The translations under genes and the position numbers were made by a program. The notes below the pieces were generated by a model. The model saw nothing but the letters and a program-made list of their open reading frames with translations. It did not search any database and was not told the origin of the DNA. A DNA stretch of 64,000 bases, taken from contig CAZDNV010000001.1 of NCBI GenBank assembly GCA_964506875.1, positions 4,853 through 68,852 on the forward strand, given 5' to 3'. The DNA comes from an uncultured Candidatus Bathyarchaeia archaeon. GTDB taxonomy: Archaea; Thermoproteota; Bathyarchaeia; Bathyarchaeales; Bathycorpusculaceae. Shown here in pieces: positions 16,846 to 25,881 of this stretch (the stretch's first letter is position 1; each line of letters begins with the position of its first letter).

Positions 16846-17370
16846 ATGGAAGCAGCGATAATACGCGTTCGGATGGATTTGGAGGACCCAAATGAAAGCC
16901 AGGCTCTGCGGATAGCTCCAGAGAAGGGCAGCAACCCTCGCGTCTTCCAGCTCAGCCCGAAGGCGGTACAGATGCTCAACCAACTGCCACGCGACCACGA
17001 GCACATATTTCTCGGCCACTATAGAAACAGTTACAGTCTTCGTCGGACGTTCCAGAAGCAGAGAAAACGAATAGCCATTAAACTCGGAAACCCCCGCATC
17101 AACCAGATACGTTTCCATACACTGCGCCACTGGGTTGGCACGATGACCTACTACAAAACGAAAGACATACTCCCCACGATGCAAGTTTTGGGCCGCAAAC
17201 GCATACAGAATACACTGAAGTATACACAACTCGCAAAGCTTCCAAACAAGGACGACTACGTATGCAAAGTCGCAAAGAGCAAGGAAGAAATTGCTCCGTT
17301 AGTAGAAACAGGATTCGAATACGTCTGCACGGATCAAGAAGGATTGAAATACTATAGGAAACCCAAGTGA
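16846..17370 (+). pseudogene. 5'-truncated tyrosine recombinase (integrase) fragment
   Basis: 174 aa. RFHTLRHWVGT (HxxR) and LGRKRIQNTLKYT (catalytic Tyr) are present. The N-terminal core-binding domain and first catalytic Arg region are missing, and stop codons lie in all upstream frames. Confidence 0.7.
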
Positions 17371-17408
17371 GCGCACACTAATGCGGGTGACTTGACCAGG
17401 AGTCGCCA

Positions 17409-17433
17409 GTTCAAGTCCTATCGGCGGCGCCAC
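17409..17433. repeat. attR-like core (displaced copy of the tRNA-Asn 3' end)
   Basis: Exact 25-mer copy of 14963-14987. The flanks diverge immediately on both sides. Confidence 0.85.
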
Positions 17434-17590
17434 AAGACTATCCCCGACCAAGCTTATACCAAAGGCTTACTCTGGCTTTCTACGAACTTTGGGCCCTTGC
17501 TTTCGCATTGTTCAAAGCCGCGCGTTTTCCAACACGAAGGAATAAGATTAATGCTGTCGAAGGACATACTGCTGCCTGGGGGCTGCGATC

Positions 17591-18418
17591 GTGGATTCAG
17601 GGGAGCCGCGTATCAAGGCAGTGACTTTTGACCTGTGGGAAACGCTGCTTTTTGAAAGGGAGGGTGCTACCAATCGCAGAAGAGTAGCCCGATGCAGCAT
17701 CCTTGTCAGCGCCTTCAATAAGCTTGGAGTGTCTGTCTCCACTGAACAAGTGAGCAAAGCTTTGACGCAGATAATAGAGCGGCTTCTGGCGGTTTGGGAC
17801 AGAAACATCGACATCAGCCACGTGGAGCAGCTTGAGCTCCTTGTTAGATACGTTTCGAATGGCTCGCTTACCTTAGAGAATAAATGGGTTGAGGAGTTGA
17901 GTAGGGCTTATATTTCGCCCTTTTTCGAGATTCCGCCCTATCTTAACCCAGATGCAGAAAACGTATTGAAAAACTTGACCGACATTGGGAAAAAGATTGG
18001 GTTGATATGCAACACGGGTTTGACTCCTGCATTCGCGTTGAGAAAGTTCCTGGATTCAGAGAAAGTGCTGGGCTACTTTGATTTCCTGGCTTTCTCCGAT
18101 GAGATCGGTTTCCGGAAACCAGATGCCAGAATATTCCACCTTGTAGCAAAAAAGTTGAAGGCCTCCCCCTGCAATATTGTCCATGTAGGCGACAACCTGA
18201 GAATAGACGTTTGTGGCGCCAAGAACGCTGAGTTCAAGGCGATACACTTCGCGTGCGATGCCGGACGAGACAAGATAGCAGAGGCAGACCCAACATCACT
18301 CGTGGCCCAATCACGGAACCTCGGAGCATTGAAGAAGGCAAACATGGCGCCTGACAAAACCATATCACGTTTCGATACTCTTGCCGAAGTCATCAAAGAA
18401 ATAGAGGCAGATGCCTAG
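17591..18418 (+). CDS. HAD-superfamily hydrolase (subfamily IA-like)
   Basis: VTFDLWETLL (motif I-like), ICNTGLTP (motif II), FRKPD (Lys), VHVGDNLRIDVCGAKNA (motif IV). Confidence 0.75.
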   Translation: MDSGEPRIKAVTFDLWETLLFEREGATNRRRVARCSILVSAFNKLGVSVSTEQVSKALTQIIERLLAVWDRNIDISHVEQLELLVRYVSNGSLTLENKWVEELSRAYISPFFEIPPYLNPDAENVLKNLTDIGKKIGLICNTGLTPAFALRKFLDSEKVLGYFDFLAFSDEIGFRKPDARIFHLVAKKLKASPCNIVHVGDNLRIDVCGAKNAEFKAIHFACDAGRDKIAEADPTSLVAQSRNLGALKKANMAPDKTISRFDTLAEVIKEIEADA

Positions 18419-18500
18419 TCGCACGCTTATCTGGCTTCGCAAATGGATGAATTAGTCAGGAAAGAGAAGAACAATGGAGTGAGAAACGTCTATCTGAAAG

Positions 18501-18869
18501 CTATGAAGGCTTCGAGTAAGTGGCTTCGCAATGAATAACGCGCCGCGCTTCTCCCGCTGTCCAGGCAAGTGAAAAAAGATGGAGTGTTGTTGTTTGTGGT
18601 GTTTCTCGTGGTTTCCAGACGCGTACACGAACGTAGTTCCAGTACATGTCAGCTAGTCCCCTGTGAAGAGTTATCGAGTTGGCGTCAGAGTCAACCCAAC
18701 CAAGCCCATTCTCAACATCTGTTTCGACCAACCAAAGATCACCGCTACCAACACCATAAGAGTGTGTATTTCCTGCTAGCGCATATCCGCCGTCAGCCGT
18801 CCGAACCAGAGTGAAAGCTTCGTCGCTTTTCGTTCCTTCGTGCGCGCTAATTGCCTTGTGGAAACATCC
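18501..18869 (-). pseudogene. fragment of a repeat (beta-propeller-type?) surface protein
   Basis: The open frame reads ..EGTKSDEAFTLVRTADGGYALAGNTHSYGVGSGDLWLVETDVENGLGW.. but has no plausible start. The adjacent minus-strand ORF 18776..19006 is in another frame. Confidence 0.3.
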
Positions 18870-19112
18870 TCAACTACGTCAGATCTGCACACGCGGCTTG
18901 GAAGATCATGAGTGTCTACCAAGAATCCGAGGATTCCTGATGCGAACAAAGGCTTTTCTCTTTCAGAGTGGGAGACGACGCACGCAGATAGATCTTCAAC
19001 GATCATTGTACATCATAACACTAGAGAAAGCAGTCTGAAGCAGCTCTTTCCCTAGTTAAGGCAGCAAAAGAGCGCACGTTAGGGAGACACCCCAATCTGA
19101 AGACGGTGCAAC

Positions 19113-20168
19113 CTATTCACTTAGTCCTCTATTGTGTAGACGGTCGTGCTCCCATGCCTCAAAGTCCACTGGAGGATTGACAATTTCGTTGTCAGGCTTT
19201 CTTTCAAGTTTCGCCGCCTCGCTTGGACATCCTGTCGCGCACAAACCGCAACCAATACACCTTTCGCGATCCACGACCGAAACCCCGTCTTTCTCCGAGA
19301 TGGCATGAACTTGGCATCTTTTCCTACATGTTCCACAGTTCACACACTCGTTTGGATCAATGGCTGCGTAGTAGTTGGCGTGGGCAACCGACTTCTCTAT
19401 GCCCCACTCTGTAATGCCCCTGAGTATACCGCAACAACATCCGCAGCAGTTGCAGACGTATCCGATTCCTCTCATCACGTTGCTAACCGTGTGAACCAGC
19501 CCTATCTCCTCAGCCTTGTCAAGAAACGCCAGCGCTTCTTCCTGCGAAACAGTGTATCTGTGCGGAGGGGTTTCGAGTGACGAGAAGAAGAGGCAAGTTC
19601 TAAGCGGAAACGTACATTCGTGACCAATCTGCTTCTGCTGCACTCGACAAATACAGTCACGCAAACCGAATGACTTGGAGCTTAGCAGTATAGCCTTTAC
19701 GTCATCATAGGGAAGAATCCATTCGGACTTGACTGCCTTCTGAGCAGGAATGACACGGTGAAGTGCCGGCTGAGGCTTCATAATTCCAGCAGCTCCACCA
19801 TTCCCCAAGTACTCCTCAACTAGATGAGCCAGCTCGTGATCCATGACTTCCAATTGAGCCTCATATATGCCCACGACAAAAGGCGCTAGTCTGAAAAGTT
19901 GCGTATTGCCTTCTTTCCAGCGCCACAGGAGCCCACGCTTAGCCATCTTCAGCAACTTCGCTTCTATCTCTTCAGGCGAGAGCCCAATGCGCTTGGCGAT
20001 GACTTCAGCTGACTCCATTGAACCGCTCAATTGGCTCGCCAGTGAAGCCTCCTCAAGCGAGAATATCTTCTTCAGGACACGTATTTCGACATTAGAAGCG
20101 GTCCGAGGGAATCCATTTGGAAGCTTGTCCAAGGCCTCGGCAAGACGCTCATAAACACAATCGTTCAA
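19113..20168 (-). CDS. Fe-S protein: N-terminal winged-helix-like region, Cys-rich NCCGCCCG motif and 2x[4Fe-4S] ferredoxin domain
   Basis: 351 aa. CVNCGTCRKRC and CIGCGLCATGCP motifs, plus YVCNCCGCCCGILRG. Confidence 0.7.
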   Translation of the reverse strand: MNDCVYERLAEALDKLPNGFPRTASNVEIRVLKKIFSLEEASLASQLSGSMESAEVIAKRIGLSPEEIEAKLLKMAKRGLLWRWKEGNTQLFRLAPFVVGIYEAQLEVMDHELAHLVEEYLGNGGAAGIMKPQPALHRVIPAQKAVKSEWILPYDDVKAILLSSKSFGLRDCICRVQQKQIGHECTFPLRTCLFFSSLETPPHRYTVSQEEALAFLDKAEEIGLVHTVSNVMRGIGYVCNCCGCCCGILRGITEWGIEKSVAHANYYAAIDPNECVNCGTCRKRCQVHAISEKDGVSVVDRERCIGCGLCATGCPSEAAKLERKPDNEIVNPPVDFEAWEHDRLHNRGLSE

Positions 20169-20462
20169 TGCCTGCTCTCCCTCTATCGAGTCACATGCAA
20201 CATACTTATTTAATGCTAACCTGAAGCCCTAGCTTTCAATGTCCACGTTCTTTGCATAACAATCGCTTAGGCACACAACCTTGTCCCTCAACGTTTCAAG
20301 TATGACGCGCGCACCCGCCAACGAGTCATGTGCGGCACGCCTTACGTTTCGAATGCGTACCATCGCCCAAGCGCGCAATATGTTTCTGACGTGGGTCTAG
20401 GAGACATGGGCACTGGAAGAAGAACCAATCAGAAAAAGTTGGGAGTGAGAGAGGAAGTGGGA

Positions 20463-21062
20463 TCATCTACTCATGATGAATGATTTTCCGTTGGTTGACA
20501 CGATGACCTGTTCAGGGCTCTTCAGGACTGTTTTACTGTCATTTGAAACGAAAACCATATCCATCGCCTTGTAGACAACCTCAGATCCGCGAACCACTAG
20601 AATGTCAAACCTGTTGACCGTATTAGGAAACGCGAAGATCGAGCTGCGGTCTTCTGCGTGGCTTTGATGCATTCTGCCTCTCTCGAGAAACTGGCGGAGC
20701 GTTGTCTCTGCTCTAGCTATGAATTCCTCTTGGCTTTTGTAGTCGATTTTCTCCAGATCCTCGTTGCTGGCTGCAGTGAGTGTTCGTTCTATTTCCTCGG
20801 AGTCGCCCAGCATTAGGAATGGTTCATTGATCTCTCTTTCGATTGATCTACCTACTGCACCTTCGTTGGTTTCAACTATCGTGTCTAGAATCAGCCCGCC
20901 ATGCCCATGAAAGATCAAGCCCTTCCGCTGATCTCCAGATCGAACTGCAATAGCCAGTCCGTTGCTGCTTATCTTAACCAAACCTCTTTCGGATTGCCAC
21001 AGAACAGTGTCTTCGGACACTTTCGAGATCGCATCAGCTAACTCGTATCTTTGCCACAGCAT
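20463..21062 (-). CDS. hypothetical protein (199 aa), translationally coupled to the upstream ArsR-like gene
   Basis: ATG preceded by GAGGGGA. 25-nt overlap with the upstream gene. No family recognised. Confidence 0.55.
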   Translation of the reverse strand: MLWQRYELADAISKVSEDTVLWQSERGLVKISSNGLAIAVRSGDQRKGLIFHGHGGLILDTIVETNEGAVGRSIEREINEPFLMLGDSEEIERTLTAASNEDLEKIDYKSQEEFIARAETTLRQFLERGRMHQSHAEDRSSIFAFPNTVNRFDILVVRGSEVVYKAMDMVFVSNDSKTVLKSPEQVIVSTNGKSFIMSR

Positions 21063-21616
21063 TTTTCGTCCCCTCTTCCAAGGAATTGCGTGATCCTTCG
21101 AGCCATCTTGTAGGCAGTTCGACCAGGCATTGTGATGAGATATCGTCCTCGGACCTTTTCTTGGACAACCAAGCCTGCTTCTTCCAGCACGTTGAGGTGA
21201 CTGGAAAGAGTGCTAGTTGTAATCTCAGGAAGCTCCTGCTGCAACTCGTTGATGTACTTTCCCCCCGTCATCAGTTGATTAAGTATTTTCAGCCTATGCT
21301 CTTGACCAAGAGCACTCATGGTTGCTGCCACTTTGGCAAGATCGACATTGTCTTCGCTTTCAACCCTATTAGGTTCGCCTCTTAGGATTCTGACGCCTCT
21401 AGGACCTATGAATATTGATTTTTGGAGTTCGCCTTGTATGCCTTCAGTGACTCCCTGCATCATTTCTTCAACATAATCTTGAACAGAGTTGCCGACATCA
21501 ATGTACAACCCACGGCTTTTTCTGCGTTCCACTTCTGTTATCTCTCGAAGTCGATCTTTCAAGCTGGCCATTTCTTCCTTGAGTTTCTTCATTTCCTCTT
21601 TCAGATCTTCAGACAT
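21038..21616 (-). CDS. ArsR-family wHTH regulator with an N-terminal coiled coil
   Basis: LGQEHRLKILNQLMTGGKYINELQQELPEITTSTLSSHLNVLEEAGLV. Likely start at MSEDLKEEMKKLKEEM (ATG at 21616). The ORF track extends to 21724. Confidence 0.7.
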   Translation of the reverse strand: MSEDLKEEMKKLKEEMASLKDRLREITEVERRKSRGLYIDVGNSVQDYVEEMMQGVTEGIQGELQKSIFIGPRGVRILRGEPNRVESEDNVDLAKVAATMSALGQEHRLKILNQLMTGGKYINELQQELPEITTSTLSSHLNVLEEAGLVVQEKVRGRYLITMPGRTAYKMARRITQFLGRGDEKCCGKDTS

Positions 21617-21924
21617 TAGATTGTCATCCCCATGTATTTCACGCTCACCTATTTCAATTCGACAGAAACCTAATAGAAAACGATGCCTATAAGCTTTACT
21701 CCATAAACCAAGGCATAATCTCATGATGCCTTAGGAAGTATTCCTCCATTTAGTGGAATTGAACCCGAAAACCCTCAACACTGTCGATTGTTCATGCTTC
21801 CTTTTCCAAGAAGCGATAGAGTCAGGATTCCTTAACGCTCTTAGACACTTCAGCCAAGAAAGGAAAGGTAATCAGACCGACCCAAATGCTAGATCGATTC
21901 CCCCGTCTATTTCCGCTTGATTCG

Positions 21925-22236
21925 TTATCTCTGGGTATTGCTAAGTCCTTCAGGCATGCAGGCCTGAGATCCCGTTTGAACGGAAGGTGAACTTGCCACT
22001 AATGGTCTTTTCTGAATATGCTTGAATCCGCATTCACATTCAAAGCCCACTATCTGGTCCTTGCTTTTCACCTCTCTCCATCTTCTCGCGTTGCAGTTTT
22101 GATCTTGCTTGTGAATCATCCAAAGCACTCTTGCTTCACCAAGGGATATTGGTACATTGTGTTTTGCGGAAGTAAAATACCACGTAACATAGGCTACAAA
22201 GGAAGTCCACATTACAAACGCAAGTATTTCGAGCAT
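21925..22236 (-). CDS. small membrane-anchored protein with Cys-rich C-terminal part
   Basis: 103 aa. N-terminal TM helix, then CNARRW..FECECGFKH. Confidence 0.4.
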   Translation of the reverse strand: MLEILAFVMWTSFVAYVTWYFTSAKHNVPISLGEARVLWMIHKQDQNCNARRWREVKSKDQIVGFECECGFKHIQKRPLVASSPSVQTGSQACMPEGLSNTQR

Positions 22237-22360
22237 TCTTCCACCAATCTCTCCTTTTCAAAACAGTCGATACTGTTTTCTGTCTTGGGATATATCCAGC
22301 TTAGGAATATTATGTCTTAAGATATAAGTGTTGTTTCAGATTCCGAATAAACCCAACACC

Positions 22361-22843
22361 CTAGAACTGCTGAAGCACGTCCTTCCTCTCCATAATATAC
22401 CCGCAGTAGTGACACTTCAACAGGAGGGGTTCCTCACTATCAACGTAAAACTTGGCCTGCACAGGCTCATTGCTATTGCTTATGCAGGCAGGGTTGGCGC
22501 ACCTGATTATGTTCTCAATAGCCTTCGGCAACTTCACCTCTTGCTTCTTCACAACCCTGTAATCACGAATAATGTTGATAGTGGCATGAGGCGCCAACAA
22601 AGCTATCTTGTGAACCTCCTGCGGATTCAGTTCGCGCCCTTCGATTTTCACAATATCTTTGCACCTAAGCCGTTTGCTCGGCACGTTAATCGCAATAGTG
22701 ATGGTTCCTTTCTCTCGTCCTGTTATTCCCAAAATCTTGGCCACATCCAAGGCATACGCAGCAGTGATATGATCAATGACTGTACCGTCCTTGATCTTAG
22801 AAACGTACAATTCCGTTTCGCTCATACGTACTGTCTCCGCCAA
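22361..22843 (-). CDS. pyrI: aspartate carbamoyltransferase regulatory subunit
   Basis: 160 aa. VSKIKDGTVIDHI N-domain and the Zn domain CANPACISN..CHYCG. Confidence 0.9.
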   Translation of the reverse strand: MAETVRMSETELYVSKIKDGTVIDHITAAYALDVAKILGITGREKGTITIAINVPSKRLRCKDIVKIEGRELNPQEVHKIALLAPHATINIIRDYRVVKKQEVKLPKAIENIIRCANPACISNSNEPVQAKFYVDSEEPLLLKCHYCGYIMERKDVLQQF

Positions 22844-23120
22844 GAGGAGCCTATACCCTAACAGAGATAAAAAGACTTTTAGCTCATGATGTCCCTTGAA
22901 TCCAGATAATTCACTCTGCTCCTGAGCAGCCGCTCAAACATAAGCTTAGAGTCATCCAAGAAGGATCACGTAAAGAACCGCTCAATTCATGAACAGCCAA
23001 GGTGAAACTGAAACAGGTATGGCACGCCATCTTCCAGAGCGTATGGCCCGAGCAAGGTTCGGGCAAACTTATTAATGCGAAGCATGCGTTAGGTTTGCAC
23101 TTGCCAAAGAAGGTACAAAA

Positions 23121-24770
23121 TTGAACGCAAACCCATCCAGTTCGCCTTTGCCCTCACCATCCCCACTGCCTACGCCATCACCCAAGACAGGCAGAAAAAG
23201 AAAAACAGCCATAATCGTTTTGGCTCTCATCACGATTATCGTGGTTGCGACGGTCGCCTTGTTCTATTTCAACATCTTGCCATGGCCTTTCAAAAAAGGA
23301 GGAGGAAAAGAAAACTACGGCTTAGTAGTAGGCATAGTCACCAACACTTACGGTCTTCCTCTCCTCAATGTTAATTCCAGCATCAGTAACCAGACCACCC
23401 AGACTAATGATCAAGGATGGTTCTGCATACCCAACTTGGCGGCTGGCAACAGAACAGTAGTCAAGTTCAGCAAGAGCGGCTATGCAACGACCTATCAGTT
23501 GGCCAACGTCCAGGTCGGCAAGAGCAGCTTTGTCGAAGTCTCTATGGGTGAGGTTGACGAGAACGACTCTTTCAACGCCTCAAACGGTGCCAGTATAACG
23601 ACTCTTGAAGGTGGGACAGTGACGATCCCTGCAGGCTCTCTGGTTGACACTTCAAATATCTCTTACATGGGCACGGCGCAGGTCTCTATAACCATGTTTG
23701 ATCCCACTGACGAGACAGAGATAGATGCTTTCCCGGGAGAATACATCGGACTTACGGCGCAGAATGAAACGGTTCCCCTGACATCTTTCGGATTCATGGA
23801 CATCTCTGTAACCGATCAAGGCGGAGGAACGCTTCAACTGGCACAGGGCGAAAACGCGACGATCAGGATTCCAGTGCCGCCTACACTGTGGCAGAACGCC
23901 ACAGAGTTAAGCAGATGCTCACTCTGGTATTTCGACTCGGCAAAAGGCATCTGGCGCGAAGAAGGCTACGGGATCTATGACCCAGGCCGAGTCTGCTTTA
24001 CGGGAAGTGTGACCCACTTTTCCATGTACAGCTTTGACATCATAACCAGAACACTGGAGACTTACATCGAGGGCAATGTAGTTGACTCAAACTCCACAGC
24101 AGTTCAAAACGCTCAAGTTGCATGCTGGACCCGTGGCTGGAGAACAGTTGGACCATCAACAGGCTCGACGGGTTACTTCAAGATACCTGTTGAGCCAGGA
24201 GTCGCCGTTAGGTATCAAGCCTCTAAAGGCGGTCACAAGAGCACCATCGGAGAAACAGGCCCTCTAAACGCAGGCGAAGCAAAAAACATCGGAAACATAA
24301 CCCTCGATTCGCCACTTGCCCAGATCATATTGACTTGGGGGGCAAGTCCGCAGGACTTAGATGCTCATCTGGCAGCCAAGCCTGCAAATGTCATGGAGGC
24401 AACTTTCCACGTGTACTATGGCCAAAAAGGAACTCTTCCGTCTGAACCATATGCAGACTTGGACACTGATGAAAGGGAAGGGTACGGTCCAGAAGTAATA
24501 TCCATTTCAAGACTACGTCCCGGAACCTACCGATACTCAGTAAGACATTATTATGGCGATGGCAACATTTCAACCTCTGGAGCAGTAGTCAACGCGGCAA
24601 TAGAAAACGTAGGACTGTATAGGTTCACACCGCCTGGTAGTCAACCTGCAGAAGCAGACATCTGGCAGGTCTTCGATTTGGTCGTGAATTCAAACGGCAA
24701 GGTTACAGCCGTCAACCAAATAAGCGACTACAAACAGGGTGGCGACGACTCTCGATTCCTTTACCCATAG
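23121..24770 (+). CDS. membrane-anchored extracellular protein (CarboxypepD_reg-like domains plus a DUF2135/YfaP-like C-terminal domain)
   Basis: 549 aa. Pro/Ser-rich N-terminus, one TM helix, beta-sandwich-like repeats (GIVTNTYGLPL..SKSGYAT), then ILTWGASPQDLDAHL..DLDTDEREGYGPEVISI..GTYRYSV. Confidence 0.65.
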   Translation: MNANPSSSPLPSPSPLPTPSPKTGRKRKTAIIVLALITIIVVATVALFYFNILPWPFKKGGGKENYGLVVGIVTNTYGLPLLNVNSSISNQTTQTNDQGWFCIPNLAAGNRTVVKFSKSGYATTYQLANVQVGKSSFVEVSMGEVDENDSFNASNGASITTLEGGTVTIPAGSLVDTSNISYMGTAQVSITMFDPTDETEIDAFPGEYIGLTAQNETVPLTSFGFMDISVTDQGGGTLQLAQGENATIRIPVPPTLWQNATELSRCSLWYFDSAKGIWREEGYGIYDPGRVCFTGSVTHFSMYSFDIITRTLETYIEGNVVDSNSTAVQNAQVACWTRGWRTVGPSTGSTGYFKIPVEPGVAVRYQASKGGHKSTIGETGPLNAGEAKNIGNITLDSPLAQIILTWGASPQDLDAHLAAKPANVMEATFHVYYGQKGTLPSEPYADLDTDEREGYGPEVISISRLRPGTYRYSVRHYYGDGNISTSGAVVNAAIENVGLYRFTPPGSQPAEADIWQVFDLVVNSNGKVTAVNQISDYKQGGDDSRFLYP

Positions 24771-24910
24771 AAAACTGCATACCGAAGAACAACTTAATTC
24801 GCCATATTTCTTACTTTCGCGCGCCAGCATAGACCCCGGGCAATGGTCAATCGCTATCGTTGGACCAGCAGCATCCGTCAAAAGGACGTTCGTAAAGAGT
24901 TATTTATTAG

Positions 24911-25861
<951 letters not shown>

Positions 25862-25881
25862 ATTCTTGGCTTAAGGCCTCT

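Larger units (their letters stand above)
14963..17433 (+). mobile_element. about 2.45 kb remnant of a tRNA-Asn-integrated element
   Basis: 25-bp direct repeats made from the tRNA 3' end. A tyrosine-recombinase fragment lies next to the distal repeat. Two unrelated cargo ORFs. Confidence 0.7.

Noticed and set aside
16846-17433. An SSV-type integrase split by its own integration event (Int-N and Int-C fragments at opposite ends).
   Set aside because: The integrase fragment neither starts nor ends inside an att core. Its stop is 38 nt before attR and its 5' end is 1.9 kb from attL, and no Int-N fragment abuts attL. Simple 5' truncation fits better.
17392-17631. ORF 17392..17631 (79 aa) spanning the attR repeat.
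   Set aside because: It is made of the displaced tRNA 3' end plus intergenic DNA and overlaps the HAD gene start. Nothing supports it as coding.
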